From Dehalococcoidia bacterium (GTDB lineage: Bacteria > Chloroflexota > Dehalococcoidia > Plut-88900): a DNA stretch of 64,000 nt. Within the stretch, counting starts at the first letter, position 1; each line of letters starts with the position of its first letter. The stretch covers positions 192,001 to 256,000 of the forward strand of contig CBDFLQ010000007.1 in NCBI GenBank assembly GCA_965249275.1. The letters run 5' to 3'. Of this stretch, positions 30,079 through 40,454 are shown piece after piece. A program made the translations under genes and the position numbers. The notes below the pieces were generated by a model, which had not been told where the DNA came from, did no database searches, and saw nothing but the letters and a program-made list of their open reading frames with translations.

Positions 30079-31239
30079 TCACGAGGCTAGGGATTCTATG
30101 CGGGCTAGGGCTTCGTCGATGCGGTCGTCTGGGAGGGACATGGAGAGTCGGATATAGCCTTCTCCCTGCTTGCCGTACCCGGAACCGGGGGTGACGACGA
30201 CGGCTACCTCGTCGATGAGCTTGGCGCAGTACTCGGCGGAAGTGTAGCCCTCCGGGACACGGGCCCAGAGGTAGAAACTGGCCTGGGGGGGCAGCACTCG
30301 AAGTCCGAGTTTCGCCAGCCCTGCGACCAGCTTGTCGCGGCGGCGCTGGTATATGGCTACATTCTCGTCGACGCAGTCCTGGGGGCCTTCAAGGGCCTCG
30401 AGGGCCATGTACTGGATGGCCTGGGGCAGGCCGGAGTCCATGTTGGACTTCACGGTGTTCAGGGCGTTGATGAGCTCAGCGTTGCCGACGGCCATGGCGA
30501 CTCGCCACCCGGTCATGTTGTAGGTCTTGGAGAAGGAGTGGAACTCAATGCCAACGTCCTTGGCGCCCTCCGCTTCCAGGAAGCTGGCGGGCCGGTAGCC
30601 GTCGAAACCGATCTCACTGTAGGGGGCGTCGTTGCAGACGGCGATGTCATGCTTCTTGGCGAATTCGACTACACGAGAGTAGAAGTCCACGTCGGCTATT
30701 GCGCCAGTGGGGTTGTTAGGGTAGTTGATCCAGAGGACCTTGGCGCGCTGGAGAATCTCGGAAGGGATGTCTTCGAGGTCGGGCAGGTAGCCGTTCTCCT
30801 CCATGAGGGGGACGGGATAGCTCTCTCCGCCTGCGAAGAGGGTGCCCATCGAATATACGGGGTAGGCGGGATCGGGGACGAGGGCGATGTCTCCGGGGTC
30901 GATGAGGCAAAAGGCGACGTGGGCGATGCCCTCCTTGGAGCCGATGAGTGAGATGACCTCAGAGTTGGGGTCTAGGTCGACATTGAACCTGGACTTGTAC
31001 CAATCGGCGACGCCCTTGCGGAACTCGGGGAGGCCGTCGGACTCTGGGTAGCGGTGATTGGCGGGGTTGTGGCTCTCCTTGTACAGCCGGTCAAGGATGT
31101 GGGGCGGGGTGGGGAGATCGGGGTCGCCGATGGCGAAACTTATGACGTCATGGCCCTCAGCCTTCTTCTGAGCGATTTTCTGGTTGATGGCGACGAACAG
31201 GTAGGGCGGGATGGCATCAAGCCTTTTTGCTATCCTCAA
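30079..31239 (-). CDS. dapL: LL-diaminopimelate aminotransferase (class I/II PLP)
   Basis: IPPYLF, GSKEGI, NYPNNPTG, HSFSKTYNMTGWR; directly downstream of dapF; TTG start. Confidence 0.82.
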   Translation of the reverse strand: MRIAKRLDAIPPYLFVAINQKIAQKKAEGHDVISFAIGDPDLPTPPHILDRLYKESHNPANHRYPESDGLPEFRKGVADWYKSRFNVDLDPNSEVISLIGSKEGIAHVAFCLIDPGDIALVPDPAYPVYSMGTLFAGGESYPVPLMEENGYLPDLEDIPSEILQRAKVLWINYPNNPTGAIADVDFYSRVVEFAKKHDIAVCNDAPYSEIGFDGYRPASFLEAEGAKDVGIEFHSFSKTYNMTGWRVAMAVGNAELINALNTVKSNMDSGLPQAIQYMALEALEGPQDCVDENVAIYQRRRDKLVAGLAKLGLRVLPPQASFYLWARVPEGYTSAEYCAKLIDEVAVVVTPGSGYGKQGEGYIRLSMSLPDDRIDEALARIESLAS

Positions 31240-31240
31240 T

Positions 31241-32107
31241 TTAGTTTCCTCCGACGCCGGGCTCTTCCCAGACGCCTGTAAACACGTATTCGGCGGGGCC
31301 GGAGAGGAACACGTCACCCTCGCCATCCCACTCGATGACCAGGGAACCGCCAGGAAGTTGGACGTTGACGAGGCTATCGGTGAGGCCGTGAAGGCAGGAG
31401 GCGACGGCAATGGCGCAAGCACCCGTGCCGCAGGCAAGGGTCTCGCCGACGCCGCGCTCCCAGACTCGAGCTCTGACGTGACTTCTATCGATTATGTTAA
31501 CTATTTCGAAATTGACGCGTGCGGGGAAGAATGGGTGGTTTTCGACTCGGGGGCCGACGTCTGAGAGGGGGAACTCGTCGACGGGGATGTCGGTGAAGTG
31601 GACTGCGTGGGGGTTGCCCATCGATACGCAGGTCACGGGCACCGTCCGGTCGCCGAGCTCTACCGGGTAGTCCTTGACGACAGCGGGGCCGTCAGAAAGG
31701 GCGACGGGGACCTGGGATGGGCGGAGCCGGGCCGGGCCCATGGAGGCGCGCACGGAAGAGACGCTGCCGTTGTTACGGGAGAGTTCAATCTTTCCTACGG
31801 CGCCGAGGGTCTGGACTACAAGCCGGTCTTCCGGTGCGGATACGACACCCTGCTCGACGACGTACTTGGAGAACATACGGATGCCGTTGCCGCAGGCCTC
31901 GGCCTCCGAGCCGTCTGGGTTGTAGATCTGCATGCGGCAGTCGGCCACGTCGGATTCCCTGATGAGGAGGATGCCGTCGCCACCGACGCCGAAATGTCGG
32001 TCACAGATGTCGACGGCGACCTGGGACCAGTCTTTTTCGACTTGGCGGGCGTCGATGAGGATGTAGTCGTTGCCGATTCCGTGCATCTTGGTGAAGCTGA
32101 TGGTCAT
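31241..32107 (-). CDS. dapF: Diaminopimelate epimerase
   Basis: FTKMHGIGND, EACGNG, SMGNPH, ERGVGETLACGTG. Confidence 0.96.
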   Translation of the reverse strand: MTISFTKMHGIGNDYILIDARQVEKDWSQVAVDICDRHFGVGGDGILLIRESDVADCRMQIYNPDGSEAEACGNGIRMFSKYVVEQGVVSAPEDRLVVQTLGAVGKIELSRNNGSVSSVRASMGPARLRPSQVPVALSDGPAVVKDYPVELGDRTVPVTCVSMGNPHAVHFTDIPVDEFPLSDVGPRVENHPFFPARVNFEIVNIIDRSHVRARVWERGVGETLACGTGACAIAVASCLHGLTDSLVNVQLPGGSLVIEWDGEGDVFLSGPAEYVFTGVWEEPGVGGN

Positions 32108-32139
32108 GGGACAGTGTTCTCCGGTTATTCAGTCAGGTC

Positions 32140-33066
32140 TTATATTTGCGTCTCAGATACGAATTCTGACACCCGTTCGGTTACGGGGCCGGTGAAGTCT
32201 TTGCTTATATCATACCAGTCTATTCTAGGGTCTCCGGGCTTGAACCAGGCGGCTTGATGACGAATGAGCCGATGGGTCTCGGTCTTGGTCTTTTCTACTG
32301 CGGCTTCCAGGGTGCATTCGCCTTTCAGGTACGAGCCGAGCTGTTTATAACCCACTCCCGACATGGATGGCAAGCCCAGACCATAGCCACGGCCCAGCAG
32401 GTCGCTGACTTCCTCCACGAAGCCGGCTTCGATCATGGAGTCGACGCGGGAGTCGGTGCGGAGGTGAAGGGTGTCTCGGGGGGCGTTGAGGCCGATGACA
32501 AGGATGGGATAGTCGAGGCCTTTTTTCTGGACCTGCTTGGAGAAGGGCACACCGGAGACTTCGAAGACTTCGAGGGCGCGGACTACGCGGCGGATGTTTC
32601 GGGCGTCGATGGAGGCGGCAGCGTCGGGGTCAACGGTGTTGAGGCGGTCGTGGAGGGATTGGGGACCGAGGGTGGCGGCCTCTTCTGCCAGGCGGGCGCG
32701 GAGGTCGGGGTTGGGGGGGACGTGGGGAATGGCCATGCCCTCCAGGAAACCCCAGACATAGAGGCCGCTTCCGCCGACGAGGATGGGGACTCGGCTTCTG
32801 GAATAGATGTCGTCTACGGCGAGGTTGGCCTGTTGCAGGTAGAGGGCCAGGTTGAAGGGCTCGTCGGGGTCCACGATGTCGTAGAGATGGTGGGGGACGC
32901 GGGCGAAGTCCTGGGGCGGGGGTTTGGCGGTGCCGATATCCATGTGCCGGTAGACCTGTCGGCTGTCGGCGTTGATTATCTCGCCGCCGAGGGTCTCGGC
33001 GAGGTGGAGTGCCAGGCCACTCTTGCCCGTGGCCGTAGGCCCGACGATGGCGACCAGTCCGGCCAA
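32140..33066 (-). CDS. miaA: tRNA dimethylallyltransferase
   Basis: GPTATGKS, ADSRQVYR.MDIGTAKP, RRVVRALEV. Confidence 0.96.
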   Translation of the reverse strand: MAGLVAIVGPTATGKSGLALHLAETLGGEIINADSRQVYRHMDIGTAKPPPQDFARVPHHLYDIVDPDEPFNLALYLQQANLAVDDIYSRSRVPILVGGSGLYVWGFLEGMAIPHVPPNPDLRARLAEEAATLGPQSLHDRLNTVDPDAAASIDARNIRRVVRALEVFEVSGVPFSKQVQKKGLDYPILVIGLNAPRDTLHLRTDSRVDSMIEAGFVEEVSDLLGRGYGLGLPSMSGVGYKQLGSYLKGECTLEAAVEKTKTETHRLIRHQAAWFKPGDPRIDWYDISKDFTGPVTERVSEFVSETQI

Positions 33067-33068
33067 GG

Positions 33069-33839
33069 TCAGTCCGGCCGGGCCTGGGAGGTTGCCGACA
33101 CGATGCCGGAAAAGTCGTCGGGGTCGAGGCTCGCTCCTCCGACGAGGGCTCCGTCGATATCATCGGACGTTATGAAGTCGCCGATGTTGGAGGACTTGAC
33201 GCTGCCGCCGTAGAGGATGCGCGTGTTACCTGCGGTTTGTTCGCCAAGTTGCTGCGAGATAGTTTGGCGGATAAGGGCAATGGCTTGCTCAGCGTCGGAG
33301 GCGGAGGCGGCTTTGCCGGTGCCGATTGCCCAGACTGGTTCGTAGGCGACAACGAAGTCGGCGTCTGGGGCCACGTCTTTGAGGCCGCCAATGACCTGTC
33401 GGGTGAGGACTTCTTCGGTGGTGTTGGCCTCGCGCTGGGCAAGGGTCTCACCGACGCAGAGGATGGGAGTTATGTCATGTGCCAAGGCTGAATGGAACTT
33501 GCGGTTTACGAAATCGTCGTCCTCTCCAAAGAGGGCACGGCGCTCTGAGTGGCCGACGATGACGTAGTCACAAAGACCGGAGAGCATGGTCGGGGAGACT
33601 TCGCCGGTGAATGCACCTTTGGGCTCGGGGTGGAGGTTCTGGGCACCTAGTTTGAGGGTGGAGCCGGATGTCTCGGCGCCGACGGTTGTGAGGGATATGA
33701 AGGGCGGGCATAGGAGGACTTCCACGCGGGGCGCGCCGTTCAGGTCCGAGGCTAGGGCTTTGGCGAGGGCGCGGGCTTCGTCGACGGTGGTGTTCATTTT
33801 CCAGTTGCCGGCGATGAGGGGGAGTCGGGTGTTGGGCAT
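33069..33839 (-). CDS. tpiA: Triosephosphate isomerase
   Basis: AGNWKMN, GHSERR, AYEPVWAIGTG, GALVGGASL. Confidence 0.97.
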   Translation of the reverse strand: MPNTRLPLIAGNWKMNTTVDEARALAKALASDLNGAPRVEVLLCPPFISLTTVGAETSGSTLKLGAQNLHPEPKGAFTGEVSPTMLSGLCDYVIVGHSERRALFGEDDDFVNRKFHSALAHDITPILCVGETLAQREANTTEEVLTRQVIGGLKDVAPDADFVVAYEPVWAIGTGKAASASDAEQAIALIRQTISQQLGEQTAGNTRILYGGSVKSSNIGDFITSDDIDGALVGGASLDPDDFSGIVSATSQARPD

Positions 33840-33858
33840 TGAAGCCTCTCTCTTTTGG

Positions 33859-35070
33859 TTAGGCGCCGAATTTGATTAGTTTGCCGGCGTGGGCGAGGGC
33901 CAAGGGCATGACGTCTGTTGCGGCGAATTCGCCGAGGACGCCTTGGGCGCAGGCGCGTTCGCTGAACTTGGTCACGGTGTCGGGGCGGGCCCAGCGGCTC
34001 CACATCATGAAGGGGACGGGATGCCAGCTGTGGTTTGCCCAGATGGCGGGAGTCGAGTGGTCTCCGGCGACGACGAAAACGTCGGGGCGGAGGTCGATGA
34101 TTCTTTGTAGAGGGGCGTCGACTTCCTCCAGGGCTCGGACTTTGGCCTCGAAGTTGCCGTCTTCGCCTGCGGTGTCTGCGCCCTTGTAGTGGATGAAAAA
34201 GAAGTCGTGGTCGTCGTAGTTGGCGATCATTTCGTCGACGACATTAGTGAAACTCGGGCCCTTGGCCATGACTTTCATACCTACAAGTCGGGCGAGGCCG
34301 CGGTACATGGGGTAGGTGGCGATTCCAAGGGGGTTGAGCTTGTAAACCTCAGACATGGAAGGCATGTCCGGGAGCTTGGAGAAGCCCCGAAGGGTGAGCA
34401 TGTTGGCGGGGCTTCCAGCGTCTTTCAGGACGTCTTTGATTTTCTCGACGGCGGCGTTGACGATGTCGGCGGTGGGCTGTGCGTCGGGGTGGGTGGGGCG
34501 GACGGGCGGGGGAACGACGCCGTTGACCTGTTCATCGGTGTCGGCGAGGTCTTCGCTGAGACCCGGGCCACGGAAGACGATTACGAACCGGTGAGACTCT
34601 ACGGGATGGACATCGACCCGTGCGCCGTCGACCTCGATATTATTCAAGAGGCGGCAGAGCTCTCGGGACTCGCTGGAGGGGAGACGTCCGGCGCGGCGGT
34701 CGGTGATTACGCCCTCGGTGTTGACGGTGCAGAAGTTGCCGCGCACTGCGAGGTCGTCGGGAGTGAGGTCTATGCCAATACCGGCGGCTTCAAGGACTCC
34801 GCGCTTGATTAGGTTGGCTACCGGGTCGTAGCCGAAAAGAGCCAGGTGGCCGGGGCCGCTGCCGGGGATGATTCCGGGGGCCACGGGTACGGTGAGTCCG
34901 CACATGGAGAGGGAGGCGAGACGATCAAGGTTGGGAGTTGATGCGGTCTCAAGCTCGGCTTTGCCGGTGTCGGGGTGGGGGAGACCACCGAGGCCGTCGA
35001 TCACGAGAAAGACGATCTTGGAGTCGGTGGACCGGGAGACTTGAGAAATGAGCTGGTGGCTTTTGTTCAT
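33859..35070 (-). CDS. apgM: 2,3-BPG-independent phosphoglycerate mutase (archaeal-type ApgM)
   Basis: IDGLGG, PGSGPGHLALFGYDP, DRRAGR, YPMYRGLA, GDHSTP. Confidence 0.92.
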   Translation of the reverse strand: MNKSHQLISQVSRSTDSKIVFLVIDGLGGLPHPDTGKAELETASTPNLDRLASLSMCGLTVPVAPGIIPGSGPGHLALFGYDPVANLIKRGVLEAAGIGIDLTPDDLAVRGNFCTVNTEGVITDRRAGRLPSSESRELCRLLNNIEVDGARVDVHPVESHRFVIVFRGPGLSEDLADTDEQVNGVVPPPVRPTHPDAQPTADIVNAAVEKIKDVLKDAGSPANMLTLRGFSKLPDMPSMSEVYKLNPLGIATYPMYRGLARLVGMKVMAKGPSFTNVVDEMIANYDDHDFFFIHYKGADTAGEDGNFEAKVRALEEVDAPLQRIIDLRPDVFVVAGDHSTPAIWANHSWHPVPFMMWSRWARPDTVTKFSERACAQGVLGEFAATDVMPLALAHAGKLIKFGA

Positions 35071-36257
35071 GTAGCGTCCATTAGGGCGGCGACACCGGGG
35101 AGGGTGCTTCCGCCGAGAAATTCGAGGGATGCGCCGCCGCCGGTGGAGACGTGATTCATGCGGTCGGCTAGGCCGAAGGCGGCGACGGCGTCGGCGGTGG
35201 AGCCGCCACCTACCACGGTGACGGCGTCGGAATCTGCGAGGGCCTGGGCCATGTCTCGGGTGCCCGCAGAGAAGGCTGGGAACTCGTAGACGCCCATCGG
35301 GCCGTTCCAGAAGACGGTTTTGGCGCGCGTTATGTAATCTTTGAAGAGGGAAACGGTCTTGGGCCCGATGTCCAAGATTAGGGAATCGGGGGGGACGGCG
35401 TAGGCGGGGATGGTCTCGGGGGAGGCGTCAGGGCTGAACTCACCGGCCACCACGACGTCGATAGGTAAGGCAACGGTGACGTTACCCTGTTCCCCTTGAG
35501 CCATGATGCCCGACACGAAGTCGAGGCTCTGTTCTTCGTAGATGGAGCGGCCTATTTCCTGGCCCTTGGACTTGAAGAAGGTGGCGCACATACCTCCGCC
35601 CACCAGAAGTACGTCCAGTTTTTCCATGAGCCGTTCAACGACGGCGATTTTATCGCTGATCTTTGCGCCGCCGAGGAGGACGGTGAGGGGTCGGGCGGGG
35701 TTTTCGGAGGCCATGCCGAGGTATTTCAACTCCCGATCAAGGAGAAGGCCGGCGACGGAGGGGAGATGGTGGGCGACGCCCTCGGTGGAGGCGTGGGCCC
35801 TGTGGGCTGTGCCAAAGGCGTCGTTGACGAATATGTCGGCAAGGTTGGCGAGGGAGGCGGCGAATTCGGGGTCGTTGGCTTCCTCACGGAAGTCGAAACG
35901 GAGGTTTTCGAGGAAGAGGATGTCACCGGCGGAAAGGGACTCGGCCTGGGAAGCGACCCCATCACCGACTACAACGTCTGCCATTTGGACAGGTCGGCCA
36001 ATGAGGTCGGAGAGGCGTCGGGCGACGGGGGCGAGCCTGAGTTTGTCGTCCACCTTGCCTTTGGGCCGACCCATGTGTGAGCAGAGCACGAGGCTCGCTT
36101 CCCGGTCCAGAAGGAGTTGGATGGTGGGGAGGGAGGCCCTGATGCGGCTATCGTCGAGGATTGCGCCGGTCTCGGGGTCCAGGGGAACGTTGAAGTCCAC
36201 CCTGACAAGGACTCGCTTGCCGTTCACGTCTATCTCATTGACTGTTTTCTTGGTCAT
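35067..36257 (-). CDS. pgk: Phosphoglycerate kinase
   Basis: RVDFNVP, SHMGRP, LENLRF, NDAFGTAHRAHAS, STGGGASLE. Confidence 0.97.
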   Translation of the reverse strand: MTKKTVNEIDVNGKRVLVRVDFNVPLDPETGAILDDSRIRASLPTIQLLLDREASLVLCSHMGRPKGKVDDKLRLAPVARRLSDLIGRPVQMADVVVGDGVASQAESLSAGDILFLENLRFDFREEANDPEFAASLANLADIFVNDAFGTAHRAHASTEGVAHHLPSVAGLLLDRELKYLGMASENPARPLTVLLGGAKISDKIAVVERLMEKLDVLLVGGGMCATFFKSKGQEIGRSIYEEQSLDFVSGIMAQGEQGNVTVALPIDVVVAGEFSPDASPETIPAYAVPPDSLILDIGPKTVSLFKDYITRAKTVFWNGPMGVYEFPAFSAGTRDMAQALADSDAVTVVGGGSTADAVAAFGLADRMNHVSTGGGASLEFLGGSTLPGVAALMDAT

Positions 36258-36271
36258 AGTCAGGGGTCGGC

Positions 36272-36895
36272 TTAGTGTGCCACGGGAAGGCCGCACACCT
36301 CTTCGATAGCGGTGTGGGGAATTATGCCCTCTCTGAGGATGGCAGGTCTTTCGCCCGATACGTCTACGATGGTGGAGGGTTGGGCGCCGGGGCACGGGCC
36401 CCGGTCGATTATCAAGTCGACCTTGCCGTCGAGCTGATCGGCGACTTCCTGGGCGGTGACGGGATTTGGGCCTCCGGCAATGTTGGCGCTGGTGCCGGTT
36501 ATAGGGGCGGAGAGGGCGGCGGCGAGCTGCCTGGGGACAGAGTGGTCGGGGACTCTCACGGCGACTGTCGAGCCCCAGCCATTGACGAGGCTAGGGATGT
36601 CAGGTCTGCAGCGGACGACGAGGGTCAGGGCACCGGGCCAGAATGCCTCGGCGAGGGCACGGGCGAGACCCCCGGTCTGGTCGGAGACGAGGGAGAGGTC
36701 GGCGACGGAGGATAGGAGAAGAGGGACGGGTTTGGAGTCGGGTCTTCCCTTGGCGTCGTAGAGCCTGCGCACGGCGGACTCAATGAAAGGGTGTGCGCCG
36801 AGTCCGTAAAGGGTGTCGGTAGGGAAAGCGACGAGGCCGCCGCTTTGAAGAATCGAGATAGCCTGTTCGATGTCGGTTGCGCCGGAGGTTGACAT
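36272..36895 (-). CDS. tsaC: Threonylcarbamoyl-AMP synthase (TsaC/Sua5)
   Basis: FPTDTLYGLG, KGRP..KP, FWPGALT, TSANI, PSTIVD. Confidence 0.93.
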   Translation of the reverse strand: MSTSGATDIEQAISILQSGGLVAFPTDTLYGLGAHPFIESAVRRLYDAKGRPDSKPVPLLLSSVADLSLVSDQTGGLARALAEAFWPGALTLVVRCRPDIPSLVNGWGSTVAVRVPDHSVPRQLAAALSAPITGTSANIAGGPNPVTAQEVADQLDGKVDLIIDRGPCPGAQPSTIVDVSGERPAILREGIIPHTAIEEVCGLPVAH

Positions 36896-36988
36896 TGAGC
36901 AGTCGGGAGGACGGATATTACGGCGGAATTTACCTTGACTCAGTATATCACGGGTGCTAGGCTGAATCAGAGATCAACAGGAGGTTCC

Positions 36989-38671
36989 TTGGCGGAAGAG
37001 GGAGCCACAAATCTTAGCCGCAGAGTTGCGGCCACCGACGATCTAGAAGTCTCCACCTACCTTGAGATTGCGGGCAGTAAGGTAGGCCAAGCAGAGACTC
37101 CCCACCCCGACGCGCAGGTGGAACGCGCCTACCAACCGGAGTCCGTCGTCGTCCTGGATTTCGGGTCACAGTACAGTATGCTGATTGCCCGGCGGGTGCG
37201 CGAGTGCCACGTTTACTGCGAAATTCTCCCCTACAACGCACCGGCGGAGCAGGTTGCCAAGCTCAACCCCAGAGGATTCATTCTTTCCGGGGGGCCGGCG
37301 AGCGTATACGAGCCCTCGGCGCCGATGGCTCCGGCCTACATCTACGAAAGCGGGGTCCCGATCCTGGGAATCTGCTACGGCATGCAAGCCCTGACCCATC
37401 AGCTGGGGGGTAAGGTGTCGTCGGGGTTGAAGAGGGAGTACGGGCACGCAGTCCTACGTCAGAACGTGGCCGATCACCCGATCTTCAAGGGACTGCCCCT
37501 GGAGATGCCGGTTTGGATGAGCCACGGGGACGAGATCTCGGAGCCGCCACCCGGTTTCTCGAGCCTGGCGTACACCGACAACGCCCCGGTTGCAGTGCTG
37601 GGGAACGAGCGGGGGATTATCGGGCTGCAGTTTCATCCGGAGGTGTCCCACACGCCGAACGGGGCGGACATCCTCAAGAACTTCCTCTACGAGGTCTGCG
37701 GCTGCAAAGGGACTTGGACGCCTGCGAGCTTCATAACCGAGGCCACCGACAGGATTCGGGAGCAGGTGGGCGGAGGCAAGGTGATCTGCGCGCTGTCCGG
37801 GGGAGTGGACTCGGCGGTGACGGCGGCGCTGGTGCAAAAGGCAATCGGGGACCAGCTGACGTGCATCTTCGTGGACAACGGGCTGCTAAGGAGGGAGGAG
37901 TCGGAGAGGGTGAGGGGGGTGTTCGAACGGCACCTGAACCTGAACCTGATATACGTAGACGCGGTGGACAGATTCCTGGAGAGGCTGGAAGGGGTTACCG
38001 ACCCGGAGAGGAAGCGGCACATCATCGGGGAGGAGTTCATCCGGGTGTTCGAGGAGGAGGCGGGAGAGTTGGGCGAAGTGAACTACCTGGCGCAGGGGAC
38101 GCTGTACCCCGATGTAATCGAGAGCCTGCCCCCGGCGGACGCGCCCTCGGTGACGATCAAGACGCACCACAACGTCGGAGGACTCCCGGATGTGATGAAG
38201 CTGTCGCTGGTCGAGCCATTGCGGCAGCTGTTCAAGGATGAGGTTCGGGAAGTTGGGGATGAGCTGGGGATGCCCGAGGAGATGGTGTACCGGCAGCCGT
38301 TCCCGGGCCCTGGGTTGGCTATCCGAATAATCGGGGAGGTGACGAGGGAGCGGCTGGAGGTGCTTCGGAGCGCTGACTGGATAGTGATGGATGAGATCAA
38401 AGCCAGCGGGCTGTACGGTAAGCTGTGGCAGAGCTTCGCGGTGCTGACGCCACTTCATACGGTAGGTGTTATGGGAGACTTTCGCACCTATGGGAGCATA
38501 GTCGCGATCCGGGCGGTGACCAGTGAGGACGCGATGACCGCGGACTGGGCTCGGTTGCCGTACGACGTACTAGCGCAGATTTCCAGCCGTATAGTGAACG
38601 AGGTGCCGGGGGTGAACCGGGTGGTCTACGACATTTCCAGCAAGCCGCCTTCGACCATTGAGTGGGAGTAG
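36989..38671 (+). CDS. guaA: GMP synthase (glutamine-hydrolysing)
   Basis: [35 protein letters not shown]; GGAGG SD precedes TTG 36989. Confidence 0.97.
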   Translation: MAEEGATNLSRRVAATDDLEVSTYLEIAGSKVGQAETPHPDAQVERAYQPESVVVLDFGSQYSMLIARRVRECHVYCEILPYNAPAEQVAKLNPRGFILSGGPASVYEPSAPMAPAYIYESGVPILGICYGMQALTHQLGGKVSSGLKREYGHAVLRQNVADHPIFKGLPLEMPVWMSHGDEISEPPPGFSSLAYTDNAPVAVLGNERGIIGLQFHPEVSHTPNGADILKNFLYEVCGCKGTWTPASFITEATDRIREQVGGGKVICALSGGVDSAVTAALVQKAIGDQLTCIFVDNGLLRREESERVRGVFERHLNLNLIYVDAVDRFLERLEGVTDPERKRHIIGEEFIRVFEEEAGELGEVNYLAQGTLYPDVIESLPPADAPSVTIKTHHNVGGLPDVMKLSLVEPLRQLFKDEVREVGDELGMPEEMVYRQPFPGPGLAIRIIGEVTRERLEVLRSADWIVMDEIKASGLYGKLWQSFAVLTPLHTVGVMGDFRTYGSIVAIRAVTSEDAMTADWARLPYDVLAQISSRIVNEVPGVNRVVYDISSKPPSTIEWE

Positions 38672-38704
38672 ACCAGAAGGGGCATCGACCTGGGTGAAGC
38701 TATC

Positions 38705-39988
38705 GTGAACATCCTGGTTGTTGGGAACGGAGGTCGGGAGCACGCGTTGGTTTGGAAGCTGGCGCAAAGCCATCGAACTGGAAAACTGTTTGTCGCGCCC
38801 GGGAATGGGGGCACGAGACAAGCAGCCGAGAATCTGGGCATTTCCGCGACGGATATTGATGGGCTGGCGTCGGCCGTGGATAAGCACAGGATTGACCTGA
38901 CGGTGGTCGGGCCGGAGGCTCCTCTGGCCGAGGGAATCGTGGACAGGTTCGAGGGGCTGGGAATCCCGGTGTTTGGGCCGAGCAAGGCCGCGGCTCGGCT
39001 GGAGTCGTCCAAGATATTCGCCAAAGAGGTGATGGAGAGGGCCGGGGTGGCGTGCGCCAAGGGAAAAGGGTTCTCTTCTGTGGAAGAGGCGCATCGTTAT
39101 GTAGAGCAGGTCGGGGGGGCGGTGGTTGTGAAGGCTGACGGTCTGGCTGCGGGCAAGGGTGTCACTGTCGCAGAGACGGTTGAGGAAGCGCACAGGGCAG
39201 TGGACGAGGCGATGGTGAGTCGGGTGTTTGGGGAGGCGGGGGACAGGGTTGTGATTGAGGAGTGTCTGAGGGGTCGGGAAGTGAGCCTTTTTGTATTTGC
39301 GGATGCGGATACGGTGTCGGCGCCGGTGACCGCGTGCGATTACAAGCGACAATTGGACGGAGACAAGGGCCCCAACACCGGCGGGATGGGCTGCTACAGC
39401 CCCGCAGAGTTCCTGGACGAGGCGCAGTCGTGGGAGCTCAGGGATACGGTTGCGGTGCCTGTAATCAAGGCTATGGCCGCAATGGGGTGCCCTTACAAAG
39501 GTGTGCTATACGTCGGGGTGATGATGACGGAGGACGGGCCGAGGGTGCTGGAGTTCAACGTCAGGCTCGGGGACCCGGAGGCGCAGGTGGTGTTGCCGAG
39601 GCTGGAGTCGGACCTGGTGGAAATCGTCGATGCGGTGGCGCACGACCGGCTGTCGGAGGTTGAAGTGAAGTGGAGCGGGGATGCGGCAGTGGCGGTTGTT
39701 CTGGCCTCGGGGAGGTATCCGGGCAAGTACCGGACAGGGTTTGCTATCTCCGGGCTGGACTCTCTGGACGGAGAAACCCTAGCCTTCCATGCAGGAACAT
39801 TTTATGATGAAGGGTCGAAAGAACTTAAGACTTCCGGCGGCCGCGTACTGAGCGTGGTGGGTCGGGGGAGGAGTTTGGAGGAGGCTCGGGTGCGGGCGTA
39901 TGACAACGTGGGAAGGGTGGGGTTTGAGGGACGGCAATATCGAAAGGACATTGGCCTCGTTGGTGAGGCCGTATCGGCAGGAGAGTGA
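38705..39988 (+). CDS. purD: Phosphoribosylamine-glycine ligase
   Basis: [38 protein letters not shown]. Confidence 0.97.
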   Translation: MNILVVGNGGREHALVWKLAQSHRTGKLFVAPGNGGTRQAAENLGISATDIDGLASAVDKHRIDLTVVGPEAPLAEGIVDRFEGLGIPVFGPSKAAARLESSKIFAKEVMERAGVACAKGKGFSSVEEAHRYVEQVGGAVVVKADGLAAGKGVTVAETVEEAHRAVDEAMVSRVFGEAGDRVVIEECLRGREVSLFVFADADTVSAPVTACDYKRQLDGDKGPNTGGMGCYSPAEFLDEAQSWELRDTVAVPVIKAMAAMGCPYKGVLYVGVMMTEDGPRVLEFNVRLGDPEAQVVLPRLESDLVEIVDAVAHDRLSEVEVKWSGDAAVAVVLASGRYPGKYRTGFAISGLDSLDGETLAFHAGTFYDEGSKELKTSGGRVLSVVGRGRSLEEARVRAYDNVGRVGFEGRQYRKDIGLVGEAVSAGE

Positions 39989-39989
39989 C

Positions 39990-40454
39990 ATGCCTTTAGT
40001 TGGAATAGTGATGGGCAGCCCATCAGACGAACCCTATGCAAAAGAGACGACGGATATCCTGGACAAGCTGGGAATATCCTACGAGCTGAACTTCATATCC
40101 GCACACAGGACACCGGAGAAGGCCAGAGAGTACGGGATAACGGCGAGGGAGCGGGGGCTGGAGGTGATTATCGCGGGGGCCGGAATGGCGGCGCACCTGC
40201 CGGGTGTGATGGCCAGCTGGACCACCCTCCCGATAATCGGAGTGCCGCTGCCGGGGAGCGACCTGGACGGGCTGGATGCACTGCTGGCTATTGTGCAGAT
40301 GCCGGGAGGAATTCCGGTGGCGACGGTGGCGATAGGGAAGGCGGGTGCGAGGAACGCGGCGTTCTTCGCGGCGCAGATACTCGGGCTCAAACATCCGGAA
40401 ATTGCCAAGGCGCACGAGGAGCACCGGGCGCGCCTGAACTCGGGACAGCGATAA
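39990..40454 (+). CDS. purE: N5-CAIR mutase
   Basis: [34 protein letters not shown]. Confidence 0.96.
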   Translation: MPLVGIVMGSPSDEPYAKETTDILDKLGISYELNFISAHRTPEKAREYGITARERGLEVIIAGAGMAAHLPGVMASWTTLPIIGVPLPGSDLDGLDALLAIVQMPGGIPVATVAIGKAGARNAAFFAAQILGLKHPEIAKAHEEHRARLNSGQR

